DNA of 64,000 nt from Elusimicrobiota bacterium (GTDB taxonomy: Bacteria > Elusimicrobiota > Elusimicrobia > UBA1565): the NCBI GenBank assembly GCA_043827405.1, contig JBDRPD010000003.1, forward strand, positions 32,001 through 96,000. The letters run 5' to 3'. Under the pieces are notes generated by a model. It was not told the origin of the DNA. It made no database searches and saw only the letters and a program-made list of their open reading frames with translations. Both the position numbers and the translations under genes were made by a program. Numbering within the stretch: the first letter of the stretch is position 1; every line of letters starts with the position of its first letter. This document shows positions 47,596-57,026 of this stretch, one piece after another.

Positions 47596-48393
47596 TCAGC
47601 TCCGCCGCCGAATGCCGAGGATTTTGTCCGACTCCCGGTTGAGCATTAGGATCCAGAAGAACACCAGCATCACGGGGCACAGCATATTGAAGAGCCACCA
47701 GCCTTCGAGGTCCATCATCAAAGGAACCGCGGGGTTGAGCGCCGCGCCGAGAACCGCGCTGGCCATGGCGACTTCCCAGTAGCCGCGGCACAGTGCGAAG
47801 TAAACGCTGTGCGCGCAGACGAGGCAGACGACGACGCGCATGGCGCTGAAATAGCCTTTGAATATCGTAACGTCGATGAAGTAGAAGAGCGCCAGGGTGA
47901 TGATCGCCAGCAGGTAGGACGCGCCGAGCTGGAAGAGCCCGGCGAAATCCGGTTCATCGGCCGGCATGCCGTGCCGGAAAGGCGACCATTCATGCGGCCG
48001 GCGGCGCAGTTCGGCCTCTTTGGCGAATTCTTCGTCGAAGCGGGTGATCCCCGGCTCCGCCTCGTCCACCGGTTCGGGCTCCGCCCAGGGCTCTTCTTCG
48101 GCGGCGGCATCGCGGCCGTAGCGGGCGGCCAGGTCCGGTTCCGGCTCGTCGTATTCCGGCGGCGGCGCAGCGGCGTCCGGCGCGGGCTCGTCGGGTGCGA
48201 TATCGCGCAGGAACTCGTAGGCTTCGTTGATCTGCTGCATTCTGCGTACGCAGCTCTGGCGGGAGACGTCATCGTAGGGATAGAGGTCGGGGTGATAGGT
48301 CTTGGCCATGGCGCGAAACGCCCGCTTTATTTCCTGGCGGGAGGCGCCGGGCTCGAGCTCCAGAATCTGGTAGTAGCGTTTGGCGGCGGACAC
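47596..48393 (-). CDS. J-domain (DnaJ-like) protein with C-terminal membrane domain
   Basis: YYQILEL...IKRAFR...YHPD...INEAYE; acidic linker; about 4 TMs. Confidence 0.85.
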   Translation of the reverse strand: MSAAKRYYQILELEPGASRQEIKRAFRAMAKTYHPDLYPYDDVSRQSCVRRMQQINEAYEFLRDIAPDEPAPDAAAPPPEYDEPEPDLAARYGRDAAAEEEPWAEPEPVDEAEPGITRFDEEFAKEAELRRRPHEWSPFRHGMPADEPDFAGLFQLGASYLLAIITLALFYFIDVTIFKGYFSAMRVVVCLVCAHSVYFALCRGYWEVAMASAVLGAALNPAVPLMMDLEGWWLFNMLCPVMLVFFWILMLNRESDKILGIRRRS

Positions 48394-48459
48394 GCCTTAG
48401 GATAACAGTCTAAACGAAGATTTGGTAGTATGGACCCACTTCGTATTTTGGGGAAAGTC

Positions 48460-49818
48460 ATGGAGAAAGCGGCGATATCACGCGGTCAATGGGCCAGCCG
48501 GATGGGCTTTATTCTGGCCTGCGCCGGCTCCGCGGTGGGCCTGGGAAATATTTGGAAGTTTCCGTACGTCGCCGGCATGAACGGCGGCGGGCTTTTCGTC
48601 ATCATCTATCTGCTCTGCGTCGTTTTTATCGGCCTGCCCATCATGATCTGCGAGTTTTCGATCGGGCGCACGACCCAGCGCTCTCCGGTGGACGCCTTTC
48701 GCGCGCTGACGTCTCCGGGCGGCTGGTGGCAGTGGGTGGGCTGGATGGGGGTGTTCGCGGGCTTCATTATCCTTTCCTATTACAGCGTGGTGGCGGGCTG
48801 GACCCTGCAGTATGTGGTGATGGCGCTCAAGGGCTTCGGCGGCGCCACCGACCCCGACACCGTGGCGGGCTTTTTCGGCAAGCTGTACGGCAGCGCGTCC
48901 TTGAACCTGTTTTGGCATATGGTCTTTATGTCGATGACGATCGGCATCGTGATCGGCGGCGTCAAGGGCGGCATCGAGAGAGCCTCCAAGATTATGATGC
49001 CGCTGCTGTTCGTCATGCTGGGAGTGCTTTTCCTGCGGTCGATTTCGATGCCGGGCTTCGGCAAGGCCCTGACCTTCGTGTTCAGCCCGGACATCTCCAA
49101 GCTCACTCCGGGGGCCGTCATCGAAGCCATGGGCCAGGCGTTTTTCTCGCTGAGCCTCGGCATGGGCGCCATGCTGACCTACGGCAGCTACCTTACCAAG
49201 GAGACGGATCTGGCCAAGTCGGCGCTCATCGTGGCCATCATGGATACGGGCGTGGCGCTGATGGCGTCTCTGATCATGTTTCCGATCATCTTCTCCTTCG
49301 GCATGAGCCCGCAGTCCGGCCCCGGGCTGGTGTTCAAGAGCCTGCCCATCGTTTTCGTGCAGATGCCGGGCGGGATGTTCTTCGCCGTGGTGTTCTTTCT
49401 GCTTCTCGCCTTCGCGGCCCTGACCTCGGCCATCTCCCTGATGGAGGTGGTGGCGTCGTTCTTTATCGATACGCTGAAGTGGGACCGCGTCCGGGCGACG
49501 CTGATCCCGGGGCTTTTGATATTCGTCTTCGGCGTGCCCTCGGCTCTGTCGGGCGCCGATACCTCCGGGCTTGATCTGCTGCCGGGCAAGAATGTCTTTG
49601 AGTCGATGGACTATATCGCTTCCAACTGGCTGCTGCCGCTGGGCGGGCTCTTTATCGCCCTCTTCGTCGGCTATCGTATGGATCCCAAACGGGTCAAGAC
49701 CGAGTTCCAGCAGCATTCGGTCTTCAAGCATCTGTTTATCCCCTGGCTCTACTGCGTCCGCGTGCTCTGCCCGCTGGCCGTCGCCGCCGTCTTCATCTAC
49801 GGCCTCATGCCTAAGTAG
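48460..49818 (+). CDS. Sodium-dependent transporter (NSS/SLC6 family)
   Basis: GSAVGLGNIWKFPY, GGGLF, YYSVVAGW, GQAFFSLSLG, GPGLVF; alternative start 48430. Confidence 0.95.
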   Translation: MEKAAISRGQWASRMGFILACAGSAVGLGNIWKFPYVAGMNGGGLFVIIYLLCVVFIGLPIMICEFSIGRTTQRSPVDAFRALTSPGGWWQWVGWMGVFAGFIILSYYSVVAGWTLQYVVMALKGFGGATDPDTVAGFFGKLYGSASLNLFWHMVFMSMTIGIVIGGVKGGIERASKIMMPLLFVMLGVLFLRSISMPGFGKALTFVFSPDISKLTPGAVIEAMGQAFFSLSLGMGAMLTYGSYLTKETDLAKSALIVAIMDTGVALMASLIMFPIIFSFGMSPQSGPGLVFKSLPIVFVQMPGGMFFAVVFFLLLAFAALTSAISLMEVVASFFIDTLKWDRVRATLIPGLLIFVFGVPSALSGADTSGLDLLPGKNVFESMDYIASNWLLPLGGLFIALFVGYRMDPKRVKTEFQQHSVFKHLFIPWLYCVRVLCPLAVAAVFIYGLMPK

Positions 49819-49961
49819 TCGGGCGGCTCCGGCTGTCGCCTGTCCTTCGCGCTTGGCAAGGTCTACGCTTCGTCAGAAGGGTTCCCTCCTCCCGCTTTAT
49901 GGCGCCCCGGATTCATAGTTGATATAATCCGGCTACCTTCCTTACGCAGAGAGAGCGATTA

Positions 49962-50924
49962 ATGGCAAAGAAAACATGGCTCGTAACCGGCGGCGCCGGC
50001 TTCATCGGTTCGCATATCGCGGAAACCCTCGTTCGCAAGGGCGAGAAGGTCCGCATCATCGACAATTTTTCATCCGGCAAGAAGTCGTTCATCGCGCCGT
50101 TCGCCTCGAAGATCGAGCTGATCCGGGGCGATATTCGCAGCCTCGCGGCCTGCCGGCGCGCGGCCAAGGGCGCGAGCTACGTCATCCATCAGGCGGCGAT
50201 CCGCTCGGTGCCCAAGTCGATGGACCATCCGACCGCTTCGCATGACTCCAACGCGACGGGGACCTTGAACCTCCTCATCGCCGCCCGGGACGCCAAGGTC
50301 AAGCGTTTCGTCTACGCTTCCTCGAGTTCGGCCTACGGCGAGTGCCAGCGCTTTCCGCAGCGGGAGTCGTTTAAGACCGCGCCGGTCAGTCCCTATGCCG
50401 TCGCCAAGCTGTGCGGCGAGCACTATGCGATCATGTTCGCCAAGGGGATGGGTTTGGAGACGGTGTCGCTGCGCTACTTTAACGTATTCGGTCCGCGCCA
50501 GGATCCGGAGTCGATGTACTCGGCGGTGATTCCGAAGTTCATGGAGCAGGCTTATCTCGGCCTGCCGCTCGAGGTGCACTGGGACGGAAAGCAGAGCCGC
50601 GACTTTACGCATATCGACAATGTGGTGCACGCCAACCTGCGGGCGGCCCAGTCGCGCACCGGCGTCGGCGAGGCCTTCAATATCGCCAACGGCAAGACGT
50701 ATTCCCTGCTCGACATCGTCCATGCGATCGAGAAATTCGTCGGCCATAAGCTCGAGCGCCGGCACTCGCCCAAGCGCAAAGGCGACGTGCGCAAAACCCA
50801 GGCCGACATCTCCCGCGCCAAGCGTCTGCTCGGCTATAAGCCCACGGTGAATTTTGAAGAGGGCATGCGGGAGACCTGGGACTACTTCGTGAACTCCTAC
50901 TTCGCCAAGCGCAAGCGCCGGTGA
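49962..50924 (+). CDS. NAD-dependent epimerase (UDP-hexose/HexNAc 4-epimerase-like SDR)
   Basis: TGGAGFIGS, HQAA..SVP.S, ASSSSAYG, YAVAK, LRYFNVFGPRQ. Confidence 0.9.
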   Translation: MAKKTWLVTGGAGFIGSHIAETLVRKGEKVRIIDNFSSGKKSFIAPFASKIELIRGDIRSLAACRRAAKGASYVIHQAAIRSVPKSMDHPTASHDSNATGTLNLLIAARDAKVKRFVYASSSSAYGECQRFPQRESFKTAPVSPYAVAKLCGEHYAIMFAKGMGLETVSLRYFNVFGPRQDPESMYSAVIPKFMEQAYLGLPLEVHWDGKQSRDFTHIDNVVHANLRAAQSRTGVGEAFNIANGKTYSLLDIVHAIEKFVGHKLERRHSPKRKGDVRKTQADISRAKRLLGYKPTVNFEEGMRETWDYFVNSYFAKRKRR

Positions 50925-51931
50925 AGCTGCTGGTCACGGGCGGGCTCGGCTTTATTGGGTCGAACTTTGTCCGCTATTATTTGGACCGGCATCGCCGGGA
51001 CCGGATCGTCAACCTCGATTGCCGCACCTATGCGGGCAACCCGGCCAATCTCAAGGGTATGTGCGGCGCGGACCGCCACCGCTGGGTGCGCGGCGATATC
51101 GCCGATCCCAAGGCCGTTGATCGCTGCATGCCGGGCGTCGATGTCGTGGTCCATTTCGCGGCGGAGACCCATGTCGACCGCTCGATCCAGGACGGAAACG
51201 CCTTCCTGCGCACCAATGTCACAGGAACCAAGGTGCTGCTCGACGCGGCGCTGCGGCATAAGGTCCGGCGCTTCGTTCATGTCAGCACCGACGAGGTTTA
51301 CGGCAGCGTCGCGCGGGGCTCCTCGCGCGAGGGAGATCCCCTGCTGCCCAACAGCCCCTATGCCGCGGCCAAGGCCGCTTCCGACCATATCGTGCGGGCC
51401 TATCATGTCACTTACGGCCTGAACACGGTGACGACCCGCTGCTCGAATAACTTCGGGCCGTATCAGTTCCCGGAGAAAGCCCTGCCGTTGATGATCACCA
51501 ATTGGCTGACGGGCGAGCCCTTTCCTCTTTACGGAAAGGGGCTGAATATCCGCGATTGGATCTATGTTCTCGATCATGTGCGCGCGCTCGAACTGCTGCT
51601 GCGCCGCGGGAAGGCGGGGGAGGTCTACAATATCGGCGGTACGGCCTCGCTGCGCAACAAGGATCTCGTCGCCCGGGTGCGCCGTATCATGAAGGTGCCC
51701 GAGAACCTGGTGCGCCGGGTCCCGGACCGGCTCGGCCACGACCTGCGCTACGCGGTTGACTGCCGCAAGCTCAAGCGTTTGGGTTTCCGTCATTCCCTGT
51801 CGTTCGATGCGGCGCTGCGGCAGACCGTGACGTGGTACGGCGAGCATGCGCCGTGGTGGAAGGCGATCAAGAATAAAGCGCAGTTTAAGCGCTATTACAA
51901 AAGACAGTACAGGACCTTGGTGAAAAAATGA
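50921..51931 (+). CDS. rfbB: dTDP-glucose 4,6-dehydratase
   Basis: HFAAETHVDRSI, VSTDEVYG, PYAAAKA, SNNFGPYQFPEK, RDWIYV.DH, DRLGHDLRYA. Confidence 0.95.
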   Translation: MKLLVTGGLGFIGSNFVRYYLDRHRRDRIVNLDCRTYAGNPANLKGMCGADRHRWVRGDIADPKAVDRCMPGVDVVVHFAAETHVDRSIQDGNAFLRTNVTGTKVLLDAALRHKVRRFVHVSTDEVYGSVARGSSREGDPLLPNSPYAAAKAASDHIVRAYHVTYGLNTVTTRCSNNFGPYQFPEKALPLMITNWLTGEPFPLYGKGLNIRDWIYVLDHVRALELLLRRGKAGEVYNIGGTASLRNKDLVARVRRIMKVPENLVRRVPDRLGHDLRYAVDCRKLKRLGFRHSLSFDAALRQTVTWYGEHAPWWKAIKNKAQFKRYYKRQYRTLVKK

Positions 51932-52527
51932 ACGCGATATCAGCTCGTGCCAGCGGCAGTCCGGACCTCGTCCAGCCGTGCGGCCTTTCCCATGGCTGGA
52001 TCGAAGTCGTCTGCGGGAGCATGTTTTCCGGCAAGACCCAGGAGCTCATTCGCCGCCTGCGTCTGGCGAAGATCGCCAGGCAGAAGGTCCAATCCTTCAA
52101 CTCCAAGCTGGATACCCGCTACGGCAAAAGCCAGATCATCTCGCACGATAAGCTGAAGATCCCCTGCGTCCCGGCGAAGAATGCGCGCGACATCCTGTCC
52201 AAGGTCGACGACGACACCCAGGTCGTGGGGATCGACGAGGTCCACTTCTTCGGCCCAAGCATCGTCGAGGTGGCGGAAAAGCTCGCCGATCAGGGCCGGC
52301 GGGTTATCGTCGCGGGCCTCGATCAGGACTATCGCGGTCGGCCCTTCGAGGCCACCGCCAATCTCATGGCGGTAGCCGAGTTCGTGAGCAAGCAGCTCGC
52401 GATTTGCGTGGCCTGTGGGAACCCCGCCAACAAGAGCCAGCGCTTGTCGCATACCCGCAAGCGCATCAGTGTCGGCAGCACCGACCAATACGAGGCGCGC
52501 TGCCGGGGCTGCTTCGAAAAGGGCTGA
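51928..52527 (+). CDS. tdk: Thymidine kinase
   Basis: GSMFSGKT, GIDEVHF, AGLD.DYRG.PF, C..CG...YEARCRGC. Confidence 0.95.
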   Translation: MNAISARASGSPDLVQPCGLSHGWIEVVCGSMFSGKTQELIRRLRLAKIARQKVQSFNSKLDTRYGKSQIISHDKLKIPCVPAKNARDILSKVDDDTQVVGIDEVHFFGPSIVEVAEKLADQGRRVIVAGLDQDYRGRPFEATANLMAVAEFVSKQLAICVACGNPANKSQRLSHTRKRISVGSTDQYEARCRGCFEKG

Positions 52528-52533
52528 ACCGGC

Positions 52534-53436
52534 TCAGTCGCCAAACAGCAGGTTGGAGAACCAGGTGTGGAGCGCCAAGCGCGTCCGCGCCAGGCGGTCG
52601 TCTTCTTTTTTGACTGCGGGTTCCGGCGGCGGCTCCGGCACTTGCGGCAGCCGCATCTGCGGACGCCGGTAGCCCTGCTCGATCATGTTGAGCTCGGCGA
52701 TCTTCGCTTTCCGGTCCTCGCGGCGGCCGCCCGCTGTGCCGCCGCCGGCGGCGACGGCTCCGGCGGCGAGCGCGTCGCGGCCGCCCAGCATGCCGCCGAG
52801 CTTGCCGGCGTCGAGCTGCGCGATGCGGCCGCGGTCCATCAGGCGCTGCAGCGCGTGCGAAATCTCTCCATTGTCCAGCACGCTGCCGGCCTTGCGGGAC
52901 TCCCTTTTCGCGCGGTAGGCGAGCTCGCCGCCCGCGGTGTAGTCCAGCTGAGCGCTCTGCAGCCGGTCGCGCATCATGAGAGCTCCGGATTCCCGGTGGT
53001 AAATATTGCCCCGGTCATCATGCGTGAAGCCGTCGGCGCGCAGGAAGGCGGAAAGCTGCGGGCTGAGCTGGAAGCGGTCCGGCGCCCAGGCGACCTCGCC
53101 CGGGATCTCGGCCAGCCGGCGCTCCAGTTCCCAGGGCGGCATCAGGGAGACATGCTCGTCGCGCGCCGCGGCCGCCCTGCCGTCCGTAACGTCCATGAGG
53201 ACGCCGTCATCGCTGTACTGGAAGTTCGCCGCGCTGAGCGCATCCCGGCGGATGCGGCGGTGCGCGACCTCCAGGTCGACGAGATCTCCGTTGTAGTCGA
53301 TCGAGTAGCCGGCCTGCCGCAGGGTTTCCGCCGCCACGGGGCGCGGCGCGGCGGCGCTTAAATGAACAGACGGCAGGAGAAGCAGCGCCGCCGTCAAAAC
53401 CACCAGCTTTCTCCCGCCGTCCGCGTCCATCACCAC
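52534..53436 (-). CDS. Hypothetical secreted protein
   Basis: SD AGGAG upstream; hydrophobic signal-like stretch LVVLTAALLLLPSVHLSA; no recognised domain. Confidence 0.65.
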   Translation of the reverse strand: MVMDADGGRKLVVLTAALLLLPSVHLSAAAPRPVAAETLRQAGYSIDYNGDLVDLEVAHRRIRRDALSAANFQYSDDGVLMDVTDGRAAAARDEHVSLMPPWELERRLAEIPGEVAWAPDRFQLSPQLSAFLRADGFTHDDRGNIYHRESGALMMRDRLQSAQLDYTAGGELAYRAKRESRKAGSVLDNGEISHALQRLMDRGRIAQLDAGKLGGMLGGRDALAAGAVAAGGGTAGGRREDRKAKIAELNMIEQGYRRPQMRLPQVPEPPPEPAVKKEDDRLARTRLALHTWFSNLLFGD

Positions 53437-53453
53437 CCCCGGTACTCCTAGTT

Positions 53454-53598
53454 TGAGCCTAAAGGCCCGGGTGTTCCAGACACAAAGGGCCTAATTGAAA
53501 ATAGGCCCAAAGACCTATTTTTGGAAAGATTGCGTCGGGAGAAGGCGATTCGCGCCGAGGGGTCTATAGGCCTAGCCGGCACTAGGTCGGACTCACCT
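53454..53598. promoter_or_regulatory. Cluster of five 16-bp TAGGnCnnnnGnCCTA-like sites in 24-bp-spaced groups
   Basis: Sites start at 53454, 53478, 53502 (TAGGCCCAAAGACCTA) and at 53559 (GGGGTCTATAGGCCTA), 53583. Confidence 0.6.
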
Positions 53599-53631
53599 GG
53601 AGGAGCGCGGCCGTCCCGCTAACCTATAAGC

Positions 53632-54783
53632 ATGAATCGCTTGGCCGCGCTCCTCACGCTGAGCCTGTGCTGTCCGCCGGCGCAAGCCGCGCCGGGCGTC
53701 GGGCGGGGTGAGGTGTGGAACGAGCTGTTCGCGGCGCGCGAGCAGCGCGTCCTCTCCGCGATAAACGCCGATCCCGCCGCCAACCGGGAATTCTGGAGTG
53801 GTCTGCAGGCGGTTGTCGATAAGCAGCAGGACGCCGACAAGTTCGAGCAGGCGAAGCGCCGCTTTCAGATCAGGTGGTTTGAGCGGATCAAGGATTTTTC
53901 CGGGCAGTACCGCCGCAGCGATGCCGCGCTGCGCCAAAAGATGGCGGGGCTCGCCAAGCCGGACAGCAAGGCGGTCGGCCAGGATAAACTGCTGCAGTGG
54001 TTCGCCGATTACGACCGCGACGTCTGGGCCGGTCAGCTCGTTCCCGCGATATGGAAGCATGCCGATCCATACCACCTCGCCTATAACATCTCCTCGATGC
54101 GGGCGATGAACAAGGCGCAGCGGGACTCCCTCATCGCTCGTTTCGACAAGGGCAAGGACCATTGGCTCAAGCCGTCGGCCGAGACCGTGGCGGAAATCGC
54201 GGTTGAAGAAAGCCGCAAGGAGTTCGTCAAAGAACTGACGCAGGCCGAAAGTGAGATCGTCGCGCGCTTCCGCAGCGTCAAGGAACAGCTCGCGGCCATC
54301 GATCTCAAGCTGGGGGCGGCCGCCTCGATTATCGCCAAGGGCCCGCAGGCGGGCAGCGACGAGGCCTTGGCGGAAAAAGGAGCCGATTTCGACGGCGCGC
54401 TGCCGTCCAAGGACAACGGCAGCGCGGTCGTAGATGCGCGTCCGGACAGCGCCGAGCAGGCTGCCGCCGGCGCGGCCGTCGCCGACGATAAACCCAATAG
54501 CGGCCTGCAGCGCAGCGCCGAGACGGCGCCGGCCGCGGAGCAGGGAGTCCATTTCGGTGAACCGCCCGCTCCGAAGACGGACGAGTCGCAGAATCTCGCG
54601 GCGGCGGAGGAGCCCGGCTTCGGCTCCAAGCTTCGTGCCGCCTGGAAGAGCCCGAAGGTCAAGGCGGGAGCCGGCGCGCTGCTCGGCGGCATTCTGGGCT
54701 TTATCTTCGGCGGACCGATCGGAGCGCTGATCGGCGCCGCGGCCGGCGCCGCCGCGATGTACGGCGCCTCCAAACTCCTCTAA
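53632..54783 (+). CDS. Hypothetical secreted protein with C-terminal glycine-zipper helices
   Basis: Signal peptide ending AQA; C-terminus GAGALLGGILGFIFGGPIGALIGAAAGAAAMYG. Confidence 0.72.
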   Translation: MNRLAALLTLSLCCPPAQAAPGVGRGEVWNELFAAREQRVLSAINADPAANREFWSGLQAVVDKQQDADKFEQAKRRFQIRWFERIKDFSGQYRRSDAALRQKMAGLAKPDSKAVGQDKLLQWFADYDRDVWAGQLVPAIWKHADPYHLAYNISSMRAMNKAQRDSLIARFDKGKDHWLKPSAETVAEIAVEESRKEFVKELTQAESEIVARFRSVKEQLAAIDLKLGAAASIIAKGPQAGSDEALAEKGADFDGALPSKDNGSAVVDARPDSAEQAAAGAAVADDKPNSGLQRSAETAPAAEQGVHFGEPPAPKTDESQNLAAAEEPGFGSKLRAAWKSPKVKAGAGALLGGILGFIFGGPIGALIGAAAGAAAMYGASKLL

Positions 54784-54834
54784 ACAAGTACCGGTACTTA
54801 TTACTTGAGTCGACGGCGGGTGCGGAGTTTCGGG

Positions 54835-56118
54835 CTAGTCGGCGGGGCCCCAGCTGGGGGTGAAGGACTGGCTGGGCATATCGCCGAGCGCGTGCGGGGC
54901 GCTGCCGTCGCGGTCCATGATGAAGATGCGCCGCCGTTTGCCGCGCGTCGAGGAGAAGGCGATGAATCGCCCGTCGGGCGACCAGGTCGGGTCCTCATTG
55001 GAGCCCTCGCCGTGGGTCAGCTGTACGATGCGGTTGCCGGTGATGTCGGACAGGTAGATGTCGAATTTGTCTTTCGGATTCACCCGGCCGGCGAAGGCGA
55101 TCCACTCGCCCGTGGGCGACCAGGCCGGAGAATCGCACCAATTGAGCCGGGACAGGCGCCGGGAGCGTCCGGTGGCGATTTCCATGCTGTAGATCTGGGG
55201 ATTGCCCGAGCGGTCGGTGACATAGGCGATCTGCTCGCCGTCGGGTGAGAACGTGGGCGAAGATTCCAGGCCGCTGCTCGAGGTGATGCGCTTGCTCTTC
55301 CCGTCGCGGATGTCGACGAAGTACGCCTTGGGCGTACTGCCTTGCGTCAGAGTCGCCGCCAGCCGCGAGCCGTCCGGCGAGAAGCCTCCGGCGAGATTCA
55401 GCCCTTGGAGGTTCATGATGGGACGGACTATTCCCCGGCCGAGGTCGAGGAGAAAGATGTCCGGGTTGCCGTCCTTGTAGCTGGTGAAGGCGAGGCGGCG
55501 CCCGTCGGCTGTCCAGCGAGGCATCAGGTTGATCGAGTTGTTGGCGGTGACGCGCTTGGTCCGAAAGCCGTCATAGTCCATCAGGTAGACTTCTTTGCTG
55601 CCGGTCTGGTCGTTGACGAAGGCGATGCGCGAGCGGGCGATTCCCTTTTTTCCGGTCAGTTGGCCGACGACATCGTCCGCGACGCGGTGGGCAAGGGTGC
55701 GCCAAAAATCGGCTTTCTGCCGGTAGTAGCGCGACAGCATCGCGTCGCCTGAGGCGAGGTCGCGGACAACTGCGGTCAGCTCGATCTGATCATTGACGCG
55801 GGCGACCTTGGCTTCCAGCAGGAAGCCCGCTCCCAGCTTCGTCCATTCACGGTAGGCTTCGGTGGTTCCTCCCGCCGGACCGCCCTCTTTCAGATCGAAG
55901 TAGCGGGAAAACAGCAGGTCGGCGCGCACGATTTCGCGCAGTTGTCGTCCGGTTTCAGCGTCGGCCGGGAGCCGGGCGTCCTGGGGGAAAAAAGTGTCGA
56001 TCCCCAACGCCCAGCGGGGCGATTTCGCGCGCTCCACTCCAATGTAGATGTCCGAGGCCGCGGCGGGGAACGGCTGGGCCGCCGTCAGCAGGAGCGCGCA
56101 GCAAAGAACGGTCCTCAT
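54835..56118 (-). CDS. tolB: Tol-Pal beta-propeller protein TolB
   Basis: Signal peptide; AH..AD, RIAFV, MDYDG; PD40 repeats (PTFSPDG, PAWSPTG, PTWSPDG). Confidence 0.92.
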   Translation of the reverse strand: MRTVLCCALLLTAAQPFPAAASDIYIGVERAKSPRWALGIDTFFPQDARLPADAETGRQLREIVRADLLFSRYFDLKEGGPAGGTTEAYREWTKLGAGFLLEAKVARVNDQIELTAVVRDLASGDAMLSRYYRQKADFWRTLAHRVADDVVGQLTGKKGIARSRIAFVNDQTGSKEVYLMDYDGFRTKRVTANNSINLMPRWTADGRRLAFTSYKDGNPDIFLLDLGRGIVRPIMNLQGLNLAGGFSPDGSRLAATLTQGSTPKAYFVDIRDGKSKRITSSSGLESSPTFSPDGEQIAYVTDRSGNPQIYSMEIATGRSRRLSRLNWCDSPAWSPTGEWIAFAGRVNPKDKFDIYLSDITGNRIVQLTHGEGSNEDPTWSPDGRFIAFSSTRGKRRRIFIMDRDGSAPHALGDMPSQSFTPSWGPAD

Positions 56119-57020
56119 GGAGCCGCTTTCTCGGCCGGCTCCGGTTCCGGCAGAGCATCGCCGTCTTGGGCGGATTTGATGTTCTTCTCCCAGGAGCGGA
56201 GCAGCTCGGAGGCTTTCTTCGCTTCCGGGGACTTCGGGAAATCATCCGGAATGGATTCCAGGTAGCGTTTGGCTTCCTCAAGAAGCGTCTTCATCTTCAT
56301 CAGGCATAAAGCGTAATGCAGGCGGGCGGACGGCGTGATGTCGCTCTTGGGGTAACGGTCGAGCACCAGCGCGAAGTTCCTGGCGGCCAGCTTCCATTGC
56401 TTCTGCGCGTAGCGTACCTTGCCGAGGTAATAGGTGGCGATGTCGACCATCTCGCCCTTGGGGTACTCGTTAACGTAGAGCTTGAAGCCTTCGGCTGCCA
56501 TGGCGTACTTCTTCTGGCTGTACTGAACGCGCGCCTTGTGATATATCTCGCTCGGCGCGGGTCCGGCGGCCTGCGGGGTCGTCGCAGTTTGCGCCTTCTC
56601 TTCCTCTTGCTTGCGGCGCTCCAGTTCCCGCTGCTCCTCCTCCTTTCTCAGCCGCTCCTGCTCCTCTTTCTTTTCGCGCTCTTGGAACAGCTCGCGGCTC
56701 TGCTTGATGGAGGTGTCCAGGTTGGTGAACTTGTGGCCGAGTCCAGCGCCTACGTCATCCATTTTCGCCGAAAGGTTGGACATGGCTTCACGGTTGTCCT
56801 TGAGGTTCTCATTAAGGACGGTGATATCCGAGCTCATCTGCTCGAGCTTGGAGTTGAGATCGGCCTGGTTGGACTGCAGGTTGGACATGATTTTTTTCAG
56901 CTGATGGACCTGCAGATTCATGCCGTCGGTCTGCTGGGATAAATCGAGGATGTCTCTTTGCGTCGCGACACAGCCGGCCAGAACTAGCGCCCCCAGCAGC
57001 GGAAAGATCGCGCGGCGCAT
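56115..57020 (-). CDS. cpoB: Tol-Pal system protein CpoB/YbgF (lipoprotein, coiled coil plus TPR)
   Basis: Lipobox LAGC; coiled coil; TPRs with YP.G, YP.S, FP.S; lies between pal and tolB. Confidence 0.82.
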   Translation of the reverse strand: MRRAIFPLLGALVLAGCVATQRDILDLSQQTDGMNLQVHQLKKIMSNLQSNQADLNSKLEQMSSDITVLNENLKDNREAMSNLSAKMDDVGAGLGHKFTNLDTSIKQSRELFQEREKKEEQERLRKEEEQRELERRKQEEEKAQTATTPQAAGPAPSEIYHKARVQYSQKKYAMAAEGFKLYVNEYPKGEMVDIATYYLGKVRYAQKQWKLAARNFALVLDRYPKSDITPSARLHYALCLMKMKTLLEEAKRYLESIPDDFPKSPEAKKASELLRSWEKNIKSAQDGDALPEPEPAEKAAP

Positions 57021-57026
57021 GGCGTC

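Noticed and set aside
47591..47791. N-terminal extension of the YgiQ-family ORF
   Set aside because: Overlaps the J-domain gene; the family-typical start MFLP is at 47590
54786..54799. 14-bp palindrome AAGTACCGGTACTT between convergent genes
   Set aside because: Single, short and AT-rich; cannot be distinguished from chance or a weak terminator
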